Of a stretch of DNA of 64,000 nucleotides, positions 1-10,415 are shown one piece after another (position 1 is the first letter of the stretch; every line of letters begins with the position of its first letter). A program made the position numbers and the translations under genes. The DNA comes from Desulfomonilia bacterium (GTDB taxonomy: Bacteria > Desulfobacterota > Desulfomonilia > UBA1062): NCBI GenBank assembly GCA_963664325.2, contig CAXXDQ010000003.1, positions 320,001-384,000 of the forward strand, read 5' to 3'. Under the pieces are notes generated by a model. It did no database searches. It was not told the DNA's origin and saw only the letters and a list, made by a program, of their open reading frames with translations.

Positions 1-258
1 AACCGCCTTCTTGAAATAGCCGCCTTTTAATTCAACATTGCTGCCTATTGCGCAGTTTTCTACTGTGACAGGTGTCTCTTCTCCCAGCTTTGAACCTTTT
101 CCGATAAAGGTTTTTTTACCGGATATGCGGCAGCCGGGATATATGGTTACACCCTCTTCAATATGAGTTGGGTCGATATCATCCGATATGAAAACGGTTT
201 GAGGTGCGATAATGCTAATTCCCTTATTACTTAAAGTTTCAATAATACCCTTTTGCAT
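1..258 (-). CDS. GlmU-like left-handed beta-helix (acetyltransferase) protein, 5' part; runs off window
   Basis: Manual translation from ATG 258: MQKGIIETLSNKGISIIAPQTVFISDDIDPTHIEEGVTIYPGCRISGKKTFIG..., resembling the GlmU linker/LbH start (GV.I.DP.T.I....V.IG.D..I.P); directly downstream of glmM. Confidence 0.65.
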   Translation of the reverse strand, partial: MQKGIIETLSNKGISIIAPQTVFISDDIDPTHIEEGVTIYPGCRISGKKTFIGKGSKLGEETPVTVENCAIGSNVELKGGYFKKAV

Positions 259-297
259 ATTTGAAATTTTTAAGCCCCCTTATCCCTTATTAACGAC

Positions 298-1644
298 CTA
301 ACCGATTGTGGCCCTTACAACAGCTGCAATCATTTCGCAGTACTTATCGGTCTCTTCTTTTGTCGGACCTTCAACCATAACCCTGCACATCTGCTGAGTG
401 CCTGAATAACGTACAAGAACCCTGCCTTTATTGCCGAGCGCTTTTTCCGCCATTTTTATTGCTGATACTATTTCGGGCACTGTCTCGATATCTGGTTTGC
501 TTTTTACTGTTATATTTATAAGCTTCTGCGGAAAAACCTTCATCACATTAAGTGCTGATAGCGGCCTGTTTTCCTCCTTCATAACTCGTGCAAGCTGCAA
601 AGCTGCAATTATACCGTCTCCTGTTGTGTGGTGTTCAAGAAAAATGATGTGTCCTGAGTCCTCGCCTCCTATTATTGCGCCGCTGCCGAGCATCTCATCA
701 AGGACATACCTGTCACCCACACTTGCTTCAATGTGCGATATGCCCAGTTCCCGTAGTGCTATCTTGAAACCCAAGTTGCTCATGACTGTCGTAACGACAA
801 GGTCGTTTTTGAGTTGGTTCTGCTTCTTCATGGCCTTTGCGCAGATGGCTATTATCTGGTCCCCGGTAAGAACATTACCTTTTTCATCCACGGCAATCAT
901 CCTGTCCCCGTCGCCGTCAAAAGCGAACCCTGCCTGCGCGCCACTCTTAATGACTTCTTCGGCCATTTTTTCGGGATGCTGCGAGCCGCATCCTCTATTT
1001 ATATTTCTTCCGTCAGGAGTGTTTGCAAGGTTTATCACTTCTGCGCCGAGCTCAAAGAAGACTTCTGGCGCCACCTTGTAGGTTGCACCATTTGAACAGT
1101 CCAGAACTATCCTCATACCTTCAAGGCTTAAATCTGACGGAAATGAATTCTTGATAAAAACAATATATCTGCCCCTTGCATCGTCTATCCTGTATGCCTT
1201 GCCGAGTTCGCTGGACGGGCTTTTCAGTTCATTCAGATTTTCTGAAAGAATCAGACCCTCAATGGCCGACTCTTTTTCATCAGGCAGTTTGAACCCTGTC
1301 TTTGAAAAGATTTTGATACCGTTATCCTCATACGGGTTGTGGGATGCCGAAATTACAATGCCTGCATCCGCACGCATACTCTGGGTGAGAAATGCGACAC
1401 CCGGTGTAGGCATGACTCCTATAACAAGGGCATCCGCACCCATGGAACATACACCTGAAACAAGGGCGTCTTCAATCATATATCCTGAGAGCCTTGTATC
1501 CTTTCCTATGACGATTCTCGGTGTATGCCCGGCTTTTCTGCATGTGTAGGCTATGGCCATACCAACTTTCAAGGCGACTTCCGCTGTCATGGGATATGTA
1601 TTTGCAATCCCGCGTATCCCGTCAGTACCAAAGAGATTTCCCAT
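298..1644 (-). CDS. glmM: phosphoglucosamine mutase
   Basis: FGTDGIRG, GIVISASHNPYEDNGIK (phospho-Ser), DGDGDR, RYSGT motifs; 448 aa. Confidence 0.95.
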   Translation of the reverse strand: MGNLFGTDGIRGIANTYPMTAEVALKVGMAIAYTCRKAGHTPRIVIGKDTRLSGYMIEDALVSGVCSMGADALVIGVMPTPGVAFLTQSMRADAGIVISASHNPYEDNGIKIFSKTGFKLPDEKESAIEGLILSENLNELKSPSSELGKAYRIDDARGRYIVFIKNSFPSDLSLEGMRIVLDCSNGATYKVAPEVFFELGAEVINLANTPDGRNINRGCGSQHPEKMAEEVIKSGAQAGFAFDGDGDRMIAVDEKGNVLTGDQIIAICAKAMKKQNQLKNDLVVTTVMSNLGFKIALRELGISHIEASVGDRYVLDEMLGSGAIIGGEDSGHIIFLEHHTTGDGIIAALQLARVMKEENRPLSALNVMKVFPQKLINITVKSKPDIETVPEIVSAIKMAEKALGNKGRVLVRYSGTQQMCRVMVEGPTKEETDKYCEMIAAVVRATIG

Positions 1645-1645
1645 T

Positions 1646-4600
1646 TCAGATCTCCTTCTTTATAATATCTGCAATAATCTCCGGGGCCTCTCCAAGGAGC
1701 AGTTTGACCGGCATAACCCGGATAAATTCGTCTTTCCATGCGATGTTTTCTTCATTAAGCATATTCCTGATGTCACCGAGTTTTTCGCCCAGAATCCCCT
1801 TTTTCTTTTCCATGTCGAGCTCGGTTTCGAAGTCGACATGGAACAGCACAAGCTGCTCAGGAATAAGGGTCGGCCCGAGGATGGATATTATGACAATGGA
1901 GGCACTGTCAGACCTTCCGCTTCCTGCATATATCTCGCGGTTTTTTATAATGGCCCTTTTCGTGCCCATAAGCGGCGCACCTGTATCTGCCCGTGATTTG
2001 AGATTAGCTGCTACGCCTCCTTTCTTTTCCAGCTTTATCTGAGACGAATCTGAAGGCATTCCGTCTTTATCAAGGCCTGTTATATTGTATTGGGCGAATC
2101 CCTTTACCGAGTTGATAGCCGGCTGAATTCTCTTAATGGCTAGGATATCCTTCTGTGAAAGGTTTTCTGTTGTGAAACCGAGGGCGTATAGAGAATCGAA
2201 TATTATGCCTTTTAATGTTTCCGCTTTTCGGCTCGTCCCTACAGTTACGGTCTTTGCCTGGTGTCTTATTGCATCAACGGGCCTTGCCAGTTCGTCAATG
2301 GCCTTTCCGAGCGTCATATCAAGCATTTCCAACGGTGAAGATGCCTTTCTTCCCTTGAAATCCTTTCTGTATTCTTCAGGGGCTATCCTCCCGGTGGCAT
2401 ATTTAAGAAGAAGGGTAAGGTCGGTTGCCGTATCTGCATTAAGGTTTGCCAGGTGGCCCATGCCGCGCCATGCATTGAAACATTGCGAGAAATCGTCGAC
2501 TACATCATGCAGTTCCCTGTCAGCCATACTTTCGAATACGGACAGGCCCTCTTCTTCATGTTTTGCCAGTACATCCGAAAACCTAATTCTGAAATCCCTG
2601 AAATGGCCTGCCTGGTCGTCAAGGCTTAGCGCCGCGTAATAGCCCCATATGTGACCTGCTATCGTATTCATGATGACAGATACCGGGAACGAGGCCCGGG
2701 GTACATTGAAAACATAATCTGCGATATTGTCGAAGCGCCTCTCGTCTTCGTCTGCGATAACCACCACTCTTGACGCATGCGCCTTGAAAATTGCAGAATC
2801 CTTTACGATGTCCTCCAGCACTATATCCGGGCTTCCTGCTGCCATGATTAGGATCAGCGGTTCTGCGGAGAGATCGATATGTTTCTTGTCCTCTATTATG
2901 TCGGATGAAATGGTCTTGTAACAGAGTTCACTCAGCTTGATCCTGACCTCGTCAGCTGCCACTTTATTTGTTCCGCTGCCGACTACCGCCCAGTATTTCT
3001 TGAGTCTCACCAGGTCCCAGGCCGTTGTCCTTAGATCCTCCATCCGGGCAAGTACATGGCTCATAAGTACGGGAGCCCTTTCCAGGGACTCAAGTCCATG
3101 GATGATCTCCTTGTCTGGTATGGCATTTAAGTGCTTGGCAAGAAAGAGCGTGAGAACATAGCCTGCGACTATCTGCGAGTAGAATGCCTTGGTTGAGGCA
3201 ACCGACATCTCTATGTCACGGCCGTCGCTTGTGTACAAGATACCGTGGGCTTTTGTAGTTATATCCGACTGTCTGCGGTTCACTATTGCAAGGACAGAAG
3301 CGCCTTTTTCCCTCGCCATTGTTACTGCACGGTTGGTGTCGGTCGTTGTCCCGGACTGGGTGACCGCTATAACAAGCGACCTGGCGAGATCATCGTCTAA
3401 AGCAAATCCGCTCAGGTCGGTTGCCTTTTTTGCCTGCACATTGAGGTTCGTGTTTTTCAGGTAAATGCCCATGGCCTCTGCAATTGCAGATCCTGCAACA
3501 GCTGCCGTACCCTGGCCGATTATATATATATTGCGGATCCTGCCTTCAATCAGGTCCTGTTTTATCCTCTCAGGGATAACATTTTCGCCGAGATTAAATT
3601 TTACAGTATTACCAGACATCTTATATTTGCCCCGGAGTGTCTTTTTAACCGATATGGGAGAATCCATTATTTCTTTTATAAGGTAATGAGGGTACATGCC
3701 GCGGTCTATATCGCGTGTAGTAATCTCCGCCTTTTTGATTTTACCGCCATCAATAAGTGCAGGATGGCCGTCATAATACATAGCCTCGATTCCGCCCAGA
3801 CCCGGCCCTTTATCGTTTGAAAGTATGAATATCTGGCCTGATGAGTCAGGATCGTCTTCTGCTCGGACATTTTCTCCGTCCATCTTTATGAACACGGGCG
3901 TTTCTTCAACAAGACCGTAGACCTCGGATGCAAAGGAATACTGGTTGTCTGAAAGGCCCACAAAAAGCGCCTGACCGCTTCCATGAAGGGCAAGATATAC
4001 CTTTCCCGGTTCCAGGTTTGACTCCATTGCAATTGCATGGGAGCCTTCGAATGAGGATACGGCCTTCCTGAAGGACTCCTTCAGGTCGCAGCCGTCAAGA
4101 AGATGCCTTTCTATCTCTATCGGTATAGACTTGGTGTCCGTAGTCACCCTGGCATCCAGAAGCCTGCCTGTTGATTCGCATTTGGATTTTATATCAAGGT
4201 AGTTGTCGATATCTCCGTTCAATGCAACATTGATAAAGAAGCTGCCGCTGCCGTAAACTGGATAGGTTTTGTCAAGGACAGCTGTTCCTGCTGAACACAG
4301 CGTACAGTTATTCACCGGATGGCAGTTGGGTATGTTTATGGCGCCTACGGAGGCCCAGCGGGTATGCGCCAGATACATCTCGTCATCACAGCCCTCGGCT
4401 AGGAATTCCTTCAGTATAATGTCCTGAGAAATGAATCCTCTAAGTTCTCCGCAGTTCTTTCCGAGTTCCCCGGTGATGGATGCTGTCTTGTAGGTAAAAG
4501 CGGCAAAACCGTCTGAAATACTTATTGAATGGTTCATAAGGTCGCCCTCCGTGGTCCTGTCGATGAATTCCTTTTGAAGGCCGAGGGCATTGAGCTTTTT

Positions 4601-5302
4601 AATCACATTATCCGTTGATGGTTTTTCCAACCTGAAGGCAATTTGTACGCCTGTTGAATCCCTTCCCCTGACTTCCAGCCTGTCCATGGCATTGAGTATA
4701 AAATTCAGGCGCTGGTATTTACTGAATTGTGAAAGGTTTGCAATATCCCTGCACAGTCCGGCGATTTTTTCCTGATTCTTAAGGAGGTCTTCTCTAAGAC
4801 CCCAGAGTATGTCTTTGAGTTTGATTAGGCGGCTTGATACTGTTTCCAGGTCATATACGGACATTTCAGGGGCCGATGCTTCTATGAACTGTTCCTGTGA
4901 ACAGATGAACTTGTCTAAATCGAGAGAAAGCTTTTTCAGGCTGTTGAGCCGGCCATCCCTGTTTATCTCAAATTGCAGCCCGATGTCCTGTTTAATCGAA
5001 AAGAGCATGCCTTCAAGCTCGTTGAGAATATCAGGACTTAAAAAATCCGAAGGTTTTGAATTTTCCAGTCCTTTTGAAAAAGCCTTTTCCATCAGATTGG
5101 AAAATCTTTCGGGCAGGGAGCTGTCGGTCTTTGCACCTCTGATGGCAAGAATCCCTGCAAGGCCGCAGTTAAGTCTATCCGGCTGTAATGGGAAAAGGAT
5201 TATGGACCTTTCAGGTACATTCTCAGGTCTGCGTCCGATAAATATATTATATGAAAATATGTTTCTCAGCCCCGATACAATTTTATCTATCATCACCATC
5301 AT
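1646..5302 (-). CDS. glmS: oversized glutamine--fructose-6-phosphate aminotransferase (GlmS-like, 1218 aa)
   Basis: CGLAG, LEVRGRDSTG, AHTRWAS, NGDIDN, TQSGTTTDT, VASTKAF, KLSELCY, AKTVTV motifs; next to glmM. Confidence 0.8.
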   Translation of the reverse strand: MMVMIDKIVSGLRNIFSYNIFIGRRPENVPERSIILFPLQPDRLNCGLAGILAIRGAKTDSSLPERFSNLMEKAFSKGLENSKPSDFLSPDILNELEGMLFSIKQDIGLQFEINRDGRLNSLKKLSLDLDKFICSQEQFIEASAPEMSVYDLETVSSRLIKLKDILWGLREDLLKNQEKIAGLCRDIANLSQFSKYQRLNFILNAMDRLEVRGRDSTGVQIAFRLEKPSTDNVIKKLNALGLQKEFIDRTTEGDLMNHSISISDGFAAFTYKTASITGELGKNCGELRGFISQDIILKEFLAEGCDDEMYLAHTRWASVGAINIPNCHPVNNCTLCSAGTAVLDKTYPVYGSGSFFINVALNGDIDNYLDIKSKCESTGRLLDARVTTDTKSIPIEIERHLLDGCDLKESFRKAVSSFEGSHAIAMESNLEPGKVYLALHGSGQALFVGLSDNQYSFASEVYGLVEETPVFIKMDGENVRAEDDPDSSGQIFILSNDKGPGLGGIEAMYYDGHPALIDGGKIKKAEITTRDIDRGMYPHYLIKEIMDSPISVKKTLRGKYKMSGNTVKFNLGENVIPERIKQDLIEGRIRNIYIIGQGTAAVAGSAIAEAMGIYLKNTNLNVQAKKATDLSGFALDDDLARSLVIAVTQSGTTTDTNRAVTMAREKGASVLAIVNRRQSDITTKAHGILYTSDGRDIEMSVASTKAFYSQIVAGYVLTLFLAKHLNAIPDKEIIHGLESLERAPVLMSHVLARMEDLRTTAWDLVRLKKYWAVVGSGTNKVAADEVRIKLSELCYKTISSDIIEDKKHIDLSAEPLILIMAAGSPDIVLEDIVKDSAIFKAHASRVVVIADEDERRFDNIADYVFNVPRASFPVSVIMNTIAGHIWGYYAALSLDDQAGHFRDFRIRFSDVLAKHEEEGLSVFESMADRELHDVVDDFSQCFNAWRGMGHLANLNADTATDLTLLLKYATGRIAPEEYRKDFKGRKASSPLEMLDMTLGKAIDELARPVDAIRHQAKTVTVGTSRKAETLKGIIFDSLYALGFTTENLSQKDILAIKRIQPAINSVKGFAQYNITGLDKDGMPSDSSQIKLEKKGGVAANLKSRADTGAPLMGTKRAIIKNREIYAGSGRSDSASIVIISILGPTLIPEQLVLFHVDFETELDMEKKKGILGEKLGDIRNMLNEENIAWKDEFIRVMPVKLLLGEAPEIIADIIKKEI

Positions 5303-8300
5303 CTCCGAAGGGCTTAGAAAGCAGTTTTATCAGCCAATCCAGGCGGTAAGATGATTCTTCGGCCGCTTCCACCAGCCTGTTCAGGGTACTGAAAAGATCT
5401 GCTCTCTTTTTCTTCTCTTCCGGATTCAGCTCGATCTTCTTAAGGGTAAATATATAAAGCAGCCATACGGCCAGCGCCTGATAGGATTCCCTGTTAAACC
5501 ATTCAATGTCGTTATAGATGTTTATGCCAAGCAAAGAACGGACATCGTCATCCGTAATAAGGTCAAGTGTAATCTCGGGCAGACTCTCAGCAAGGGGAAC
5601 TTCCCTGTCTTCTTCGGAACAAAGAATTTTTAAGAGGTCAATGGCGCGGTTTCCGTCAACTGAACATTCATAATGCTCAGAGAGTGATTCCTTTATGATG
5701 CCTGAAAAAAGCATCTCGTCAAGAAGGAGTCTTGTACGCCGGCCGGTGTTGTTGCCTGTGAACAATGCCCCGAGGTTGTGAATCATAGCCCAGATAACGG
5801 CGAAACATAATAACCCTGAATCTGTACATGAAGGAAGTTTGTCAATAAAAGAGTTCTCGGAAATAAGGTCTCTATTCTCAATAACCAGGTTTATTTTATC
5901 CAATGTTTTCTTAACAACATCTTCAGTATTGGCCTTTATGTTTGTGACTTTTCTGATTTCTATTATAAGCCTTCGTAGCCTGTCTTCAATCTTGTTAAGT
6001 TCTGTTGTCAGGCCTGTCCCTGTGGCGTTGATCAAAGCCTTCATGTTTTCAAAACCAATCAGCTCTCTAAAGGCCATATGTATGTTTTCGAGGTAAAGAT
6101 CCCTGAATACTTCTTTTATATCAGGCACGCCCCTTCCGGAGAGATACTTTTCAAGCCTTGCATAGAGTCCATCGGGATAATCCTGTACCTCCCTGAAATC
6201 CATGAATATATTTGACTGAAATGCCCCCAGCTGAACGCTCAGGCCGTTATCCGAAATCTCCTTGCCGCTTCTTATATATTCAAGTGAGCTTCTGTAATCT
6301 CTAAAAATGTAATATACATTCGGGTGGTTTTTCAGCCTCAACCCTTCAGAGATTGTTTTATGTACAATGTTTCTCTTCCCGTCTGAATCAATATTGATAC
6401 CTACTGATCTTCTGATATGACCCCTGGCCTCAGCATACCTGTTGTTATAGATGATCATGGCGCGCTCATCGCCGGCCATGTTTGAGTAGGCGAACACGTC
6501 CTCGTTTATCCAGCCGCTGGGACTTATTACATCATACAGAACGAAGTTTTCCACACCGCTGAAAAGGTGTCTTTTTTTCAGAAGCGGGAATATTTCGGTT
6601 TCATGTCTGCTTACAAGATCATTGTCCTGCTGCTCGTCCCTGTAGGCCCTGCGGTATTCCATTCCGTATTTCTCTGAAAACCCTTCTATCTGGCCATGGC
6701 CGAACATGGGAAGTCCCGGCATTGTGACCATCAGCATTGCGATGCCGAAATACTTGTCGCCCTTGCCGAACTGAACGACAGCAGGTTCCTCGTCTGGGTT
6801 GTTCATAAAGTTTACGAAACGCCTTAAAATCTCGGGATTGAATCTGAGCACATTTTTCATCACATCCCTGTATTTGCTGTTTTCCTCTTTCTTGAGCATG
6901 TTCATGAATGCACTGTTGTAGACGCGGTGCATGCCGAGGCTTCTTACAAAGTATCCTTCCATGAGCCAGAAGGCCTCGGCAAGCAGGAGGGTATTAGGCG
7001 CCTCTGCTGCGAACCTGTCGACAAGCTCACGCCAGAATTCCTTTGAAAACATCATGTTGAAATTATCATTTGAAAGCCCAAGGCCAGCCCTTGAAGGGAT
7101 ATCTCCGCCCATGCCCGGTACGGGATACCACAGGCGCTGAAAGTGTTTTTTTGCAAGCGTCATTGCCGCATCAAATCTGATCACCGGGAACCTTCTGGCA
7201 ACGTCCAGGGTCAGGTCTATTACGGCCTGTCTTACCTCGTGCTTCAGGTGGTCAAGCTGCGCTGTATCATTCCAGGGCATGTGAGTGCCGTCATTTCCAT
7301 GGTATATATATCTGACGTTCCCGGAAATTTTATCTATACGCTTGAAAACTACTGCCGCATCGGTCCTGCTCCAGTAGCCGTCCTCGATGTAAAGCCCCAC
7401 CCTGTCGTCGTCCGAAAGGTCTGGGCCGGTAAAGGAATAGGACGGGAATGGCGGATAGTCGAGCTGTATGAACCATTCTGGATGTTCGATCACCCATTTC
7501 GAATATATGCCCATATGGTTGGGCACCATGTCCGTCGCAAGCCTTATGCCGTAAGCCCAGGCCCGTTCCTTAAGGTTGTTGTATGCATCTTCACCGCCGA
7601 GATCCCTGGAAATGGTATAATCATATATTGAATAGGCCGACGCTTCCGCCTCGGGGTTTCCAGTCATCTGCTTTATCTTCCTGGATGCCGTACTTCTCTC
7701 CCACACGCCGATGAGCCACAGGCCTGTAAATCCCCAGCGGGAAAGCCGCTCGAGCTCTTCATCGGGTATCTGGTCCATACGCTTGATATCCCTGCCGTAT
7801 TTTGCCGAAAGCTGATTGAGCCAGACATAGGTTGATTTTGCCATCAGGACAAGCCTGGGCATCCAGTCTGTGTCTGGTGTGAACCTCTCAATTTCTTCTA
7901 GTCCTGCCGTATTAATGCCTGAACCGGATAATCCATCATCTCCGAAGGTGAGTATTTGTGTAGGTCCCGGACCTGCAAATCTTGATGTCCTCTCCTCCTT
8001 GATCAGATCGATACCGCCCAGAACCCTTATCAGCAGGTCTTTCAGCAGTTCTCCCCAGCGCGTTTTTATATATTCGAGCTGACCGTATAGCGAATAGGGT
8101 GAAGCCATCTGCGGCTCTTTCAGCATCTCGACAAGAGGGTTGCCGAACGGGCCAAAAACCGGCTGAGTCCTGTAATATTTGTCAATCTCGGCAACTATTT
8201 TCTCATATGCTGTGCCTTTAAGCATGGAATCGTCAAAGAACTCCATAAAGGGCATAAAGGCGGGATTGCTGTTTGCAAGCGAGAGAAGGAGAAGCTCCTG

Positions 8301-8732
8301 CAGGATAATATGAGCATTGGGGATATCACCTGTTGATGACTTGAGATAATCACTAACGGAGACATATCGCTTAAACACATCAGATGGAGGGAAAAGGGAA
8401 GTGAAAACTTCAAGACATTCATAAACACGATTTTTACCGATTTTTTCTACTATCCATCTAAAGGCATTTTCTATTGTATCAGGTTTTACAGACTGTCTGT
8501 AGATATCTACTACATGGTGCAGGGCTTCATCTATAAGTCCCATGGCATAAATATCGCCTGCGCTGAGGAACGGCGGTTTTTTAGGATCGCTCTTCCTTTT
8601 ATTGTTTATTCTTTCTGCGAACTGCCGGACGCCGTGAATATTTGCAAAAATTACATTGCCGGAAGTTGAAAACAGCGTTTCGTCAAATTCGAACTTGTCC
8701 CTTGCAGCTTTTGAAATGTGGAATTCAAACAT
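5283..8732 (-). CDS. large GH13 alpha-amylase-family glycosidase
   Basis: DMVPNH, RFDAAMTL (nucleophile), LAEAFW (acid/base), FMNNPDE; likely start ATG 8732 after GGGAGA. Confidence 0.8.
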   Translation of the reverse strand: MFEFHISKAARDKFEFDETLFSTSGNVIFANIHGVRQFAERINNKRKSDPKKPPFLSAGDIYAMGLIDEALHHVVDIYRQSVKPDTIENAFRWIVEKIGKNRVYECLEVFTSLFPPSDVFKRYVSVSDYLKSSTGDIPNAHIILQELLLLSLANSNPAFMPFMEFFDDSMLKGTAYEKIVAEIDKYYRTQPVFGPFGNPLVEMLKEPQMASPYSLYGQLEYIKTRWGELLKDLLIRVLGGIDLIKEERTSRFAGPGPTQILTFGDDGLSGSGINTAGLEEIERFTPDTDWMPRLVLMAKSTYVWLNQLSAKYGRDIKRMDQIPDEELERLSRWGFTGLWLIGVWERSTASRKIKQMTGNPEAEASAYSIYDYTISRDLGGEDAYNNLKERAWAYGIRLATDMVPNHMGIYSKWVIEHPEWFIQLDYPPFPSYSFTGPDLSDDDRVGLYIEDGYWSRTDAAVVFKRIDKISGNVRYIYHGNDGTHMPWNDTAQLDHLKHEVRQAVIDLTLDVARRFPVIRFDAAMTLAKKHFQRLWYPVPGMGGDIPSRAGLGLSNDNFNMMFSKEFWRELVDRFAAEAPNTLLLAEAFWLMEGYFVRSLGMHRVYNSAFMNMLKKEENSKYRDVMKNVLRFNPEILRRFVNFMNNPDEEPAVVQFGKGDKYFGIAMLMVTMPGLPMFGHGQIEGFSEKYGMEYRRAYRDEQQDNDLVSRHETEIFPLLKKRHLFSGVENFVLYDVISPSGWINEDVFAYSNMAGDERAMIIYNNRYAEARGHIRRSVGINIDSDGKRNIVHKTISEGLRLKNHPNVYYIFRDYRSSLEYIRSGKEISDNGLSVQLGAFQSNIFMDFREVQDYPDGLYARLEKYLSGRGVPDIKEVFRDLYLENIHMAFRELIGFENMKALINATGTGLTTELNKIEDRLRRLIIEIRKVTNIKANTEDVVKKTLDKINLVIENRDLISENSFIDKLPSCTDSGLLCFAVIWAMIHNLGALFTGNNTGRRTRLLLDEMLFSGIIKESLSEHYECSVDGNRAIDLLKILCSEEDREVPLAESLPEITLDLITDDDVRSLLGINIYNDIEWFNRESYQALAVWLLYIFTLKKIELNPEEKKKRADLFSTLNRLVEAAEESSYRLDWLIKLLSKPFGDDGDDR

Positions 8733-8842
8733 AAGCTCTCCCGGGGGCTGCCTGTGAAGAATCAACCAGGACAACCTGCCACATATCTATGGAAAAACCC
8801 CTTGCTTAGTCAATAGATTAATCTTTTAGGATAAGCAGAAAT

Positions 8843-10171
8843 TTAATTATCAAGCCTTTCGGAAAGGAAATCGATCTCCTTCCTGGTCTTCAGGTTATTT
8901 TGATATTCCGATTCCATGACCTCAATGCTGTGCATGACCGAGGTGTGCTTTCTGTTAAATGCATTTCCGATTTCCTGCAGGGTCTCCTTTGTATATCTCC
9001 GGCAGAAATACATTGCGACCTGTCTGGGGTATGCAAGCATTTTTTTTCTCGAGGGAGATATCAATAATTCTTTTGTCGTACCGAAGTGCTTGGCTACAAA
9101 CTCGAGTAAAAATGGTATGTCAATACGAGATTTGCGTTCAAGTGTCCCTTCCAGTATCTCCATTGCAAGTTCAATTGAAATCCCCCTTTTCATGAATGTG
9201 CTCATGGCGCACAGGGTAAGGACGACACTTTCAAGCTCCCGTATATTTGTATCGATGTTCTTACTGATAAAATCAACCACATCATCGGATAATACCACAC
9301 CCTCTCTGGTTCCCTTTGACCTTACTATTGATGCCCTTGTCTGTGCATCAGGCTTTTTTATATCAATGACAAGACCGCCTTCGAACCTGGATTTCAGCGA
9401 TTTATCCAGGTTGTTAATAGTCGAAGGAGGCCGGTAACCGGAAAATATCACCTGAGCTCCATTATGTGTCATATCGTCTATGATACCTGAGAGTTCCATC
9501 TGGGTTTTTTCCTTGGAGCACAGCATATGGACATCATCTAAGAAGAATATATCCGTTTTCCCCCCGCGGTATGCCTGCCTGAATTTATCAAGACATCCGT
9601 TTCTGCTGGCAAAGACATACTCCTGAGAAAATTCCCTTGCCGATGTAAATTTGATTTTGGCATTGGGTCTGGTTCTGATCATTCTGTTCCCAATTGAATG
9701 TGCTATGTGGCTTTTCCCAAGTCCGATGTCCGAATTGAAATACACCGGATTATATCTGCCCATACCATCCTCTGATACTGCGACTGCAACCTCATAGGCA
9801 AACGAATTGCATTTTCCAACAACAAACGAATCGAATGTAAATCTGGGATTAATGCCGAAGGTTGAATTAAGCATACCAGGAGAGGGAAGCATCATTTGTA
9901 CGGGCACGGCCTTTGTAGACGACAGAGCCTTTGTCCCGGTCGTGATCGAATATATTATATTCACCGGTTTTCCAGTCTCTGTTTTGACGCATTTGGAAAT
10001 AATGTCCTGATAATGACGCTTTACATGCTGCTGAACAAATGAGCTTGGACATATTATCAACAATTCATCATTGTTTTCCTTTAATTCAAATTGTGAGATA
10101 AGGGCCTTTTCAGGTGCCGTAGCATTTTCTGCAAGCCTATCCCGCAATTTTAACAGATCAACATTAAGCAC
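8843..10171 (-). CDS. dnaA: DnaA-family replication initiator homologue, probably a divergent second copy
   Basis: NPRFTFDSFVVG, Walker A IGLGKSH, Walker B LDDV, LKSRF, NIRELE, RQVAMY; GTG start with GGAGG SD; no dnaN or rpmH nearby. Confidence 0.8.
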   Translation of the reverse strand: MLNVDLLKLRDRLAENATAPEKALISQFELKENNDELLIICPSSFVQQHVKRHYQDIISKCVKTETGKPVNIIYSITTGTKALSSTKAVPVQMMLPSPGMLNSTFGINPRFTFDSFVVGKCNSFAYEVAVAVSEDGMGRYNPVYFNSDIGLGKSHIAHSIGNRMIRTRPNAKIKFTSAREFSQEYVFASRNGCLDKFRQAYRGGKTDIFFLDDVHMLCSKEKTQMELSGIIDDMTHNGAQVIFSGYRPPSTINNLDKSLKSRFEGGLVIDIKKPDAQTRASIVRSKGTREGVVLSDDVVDFISKNIDTNIRELESVVLTLCAMSTFMKRGISIELAMEILEGTLERKSRIDIPFLLEFVAKHFGTTKELLISPSRKKMLAYPRQVAMYFCRRYTKETLQEIGNAFNRKHTSVMHSIEVMESEYQNNLKTRKEIDFLSERLDN

Positions 10172-10415
10172 GCACTTCCTCCAAATAAAAAAGATCAGCT
10201 AATTCCCGAGAACCTCAATCCAAGAAAGTGAATGGATGATGCTACCGGAAAATATAAAAATCAAACCTTGGAAAGTTCGATTATGAGGACATATCGGATA
10301 AATGAAATAATCTAGTAATTACAATAAGATGAAGTGGGCAATGGCACAGCATCAGATTCGTTGACATCATCAGGCATACCTTGTCCGAATATGGCGGTTA
10401 CTACTAAAACAGGAT

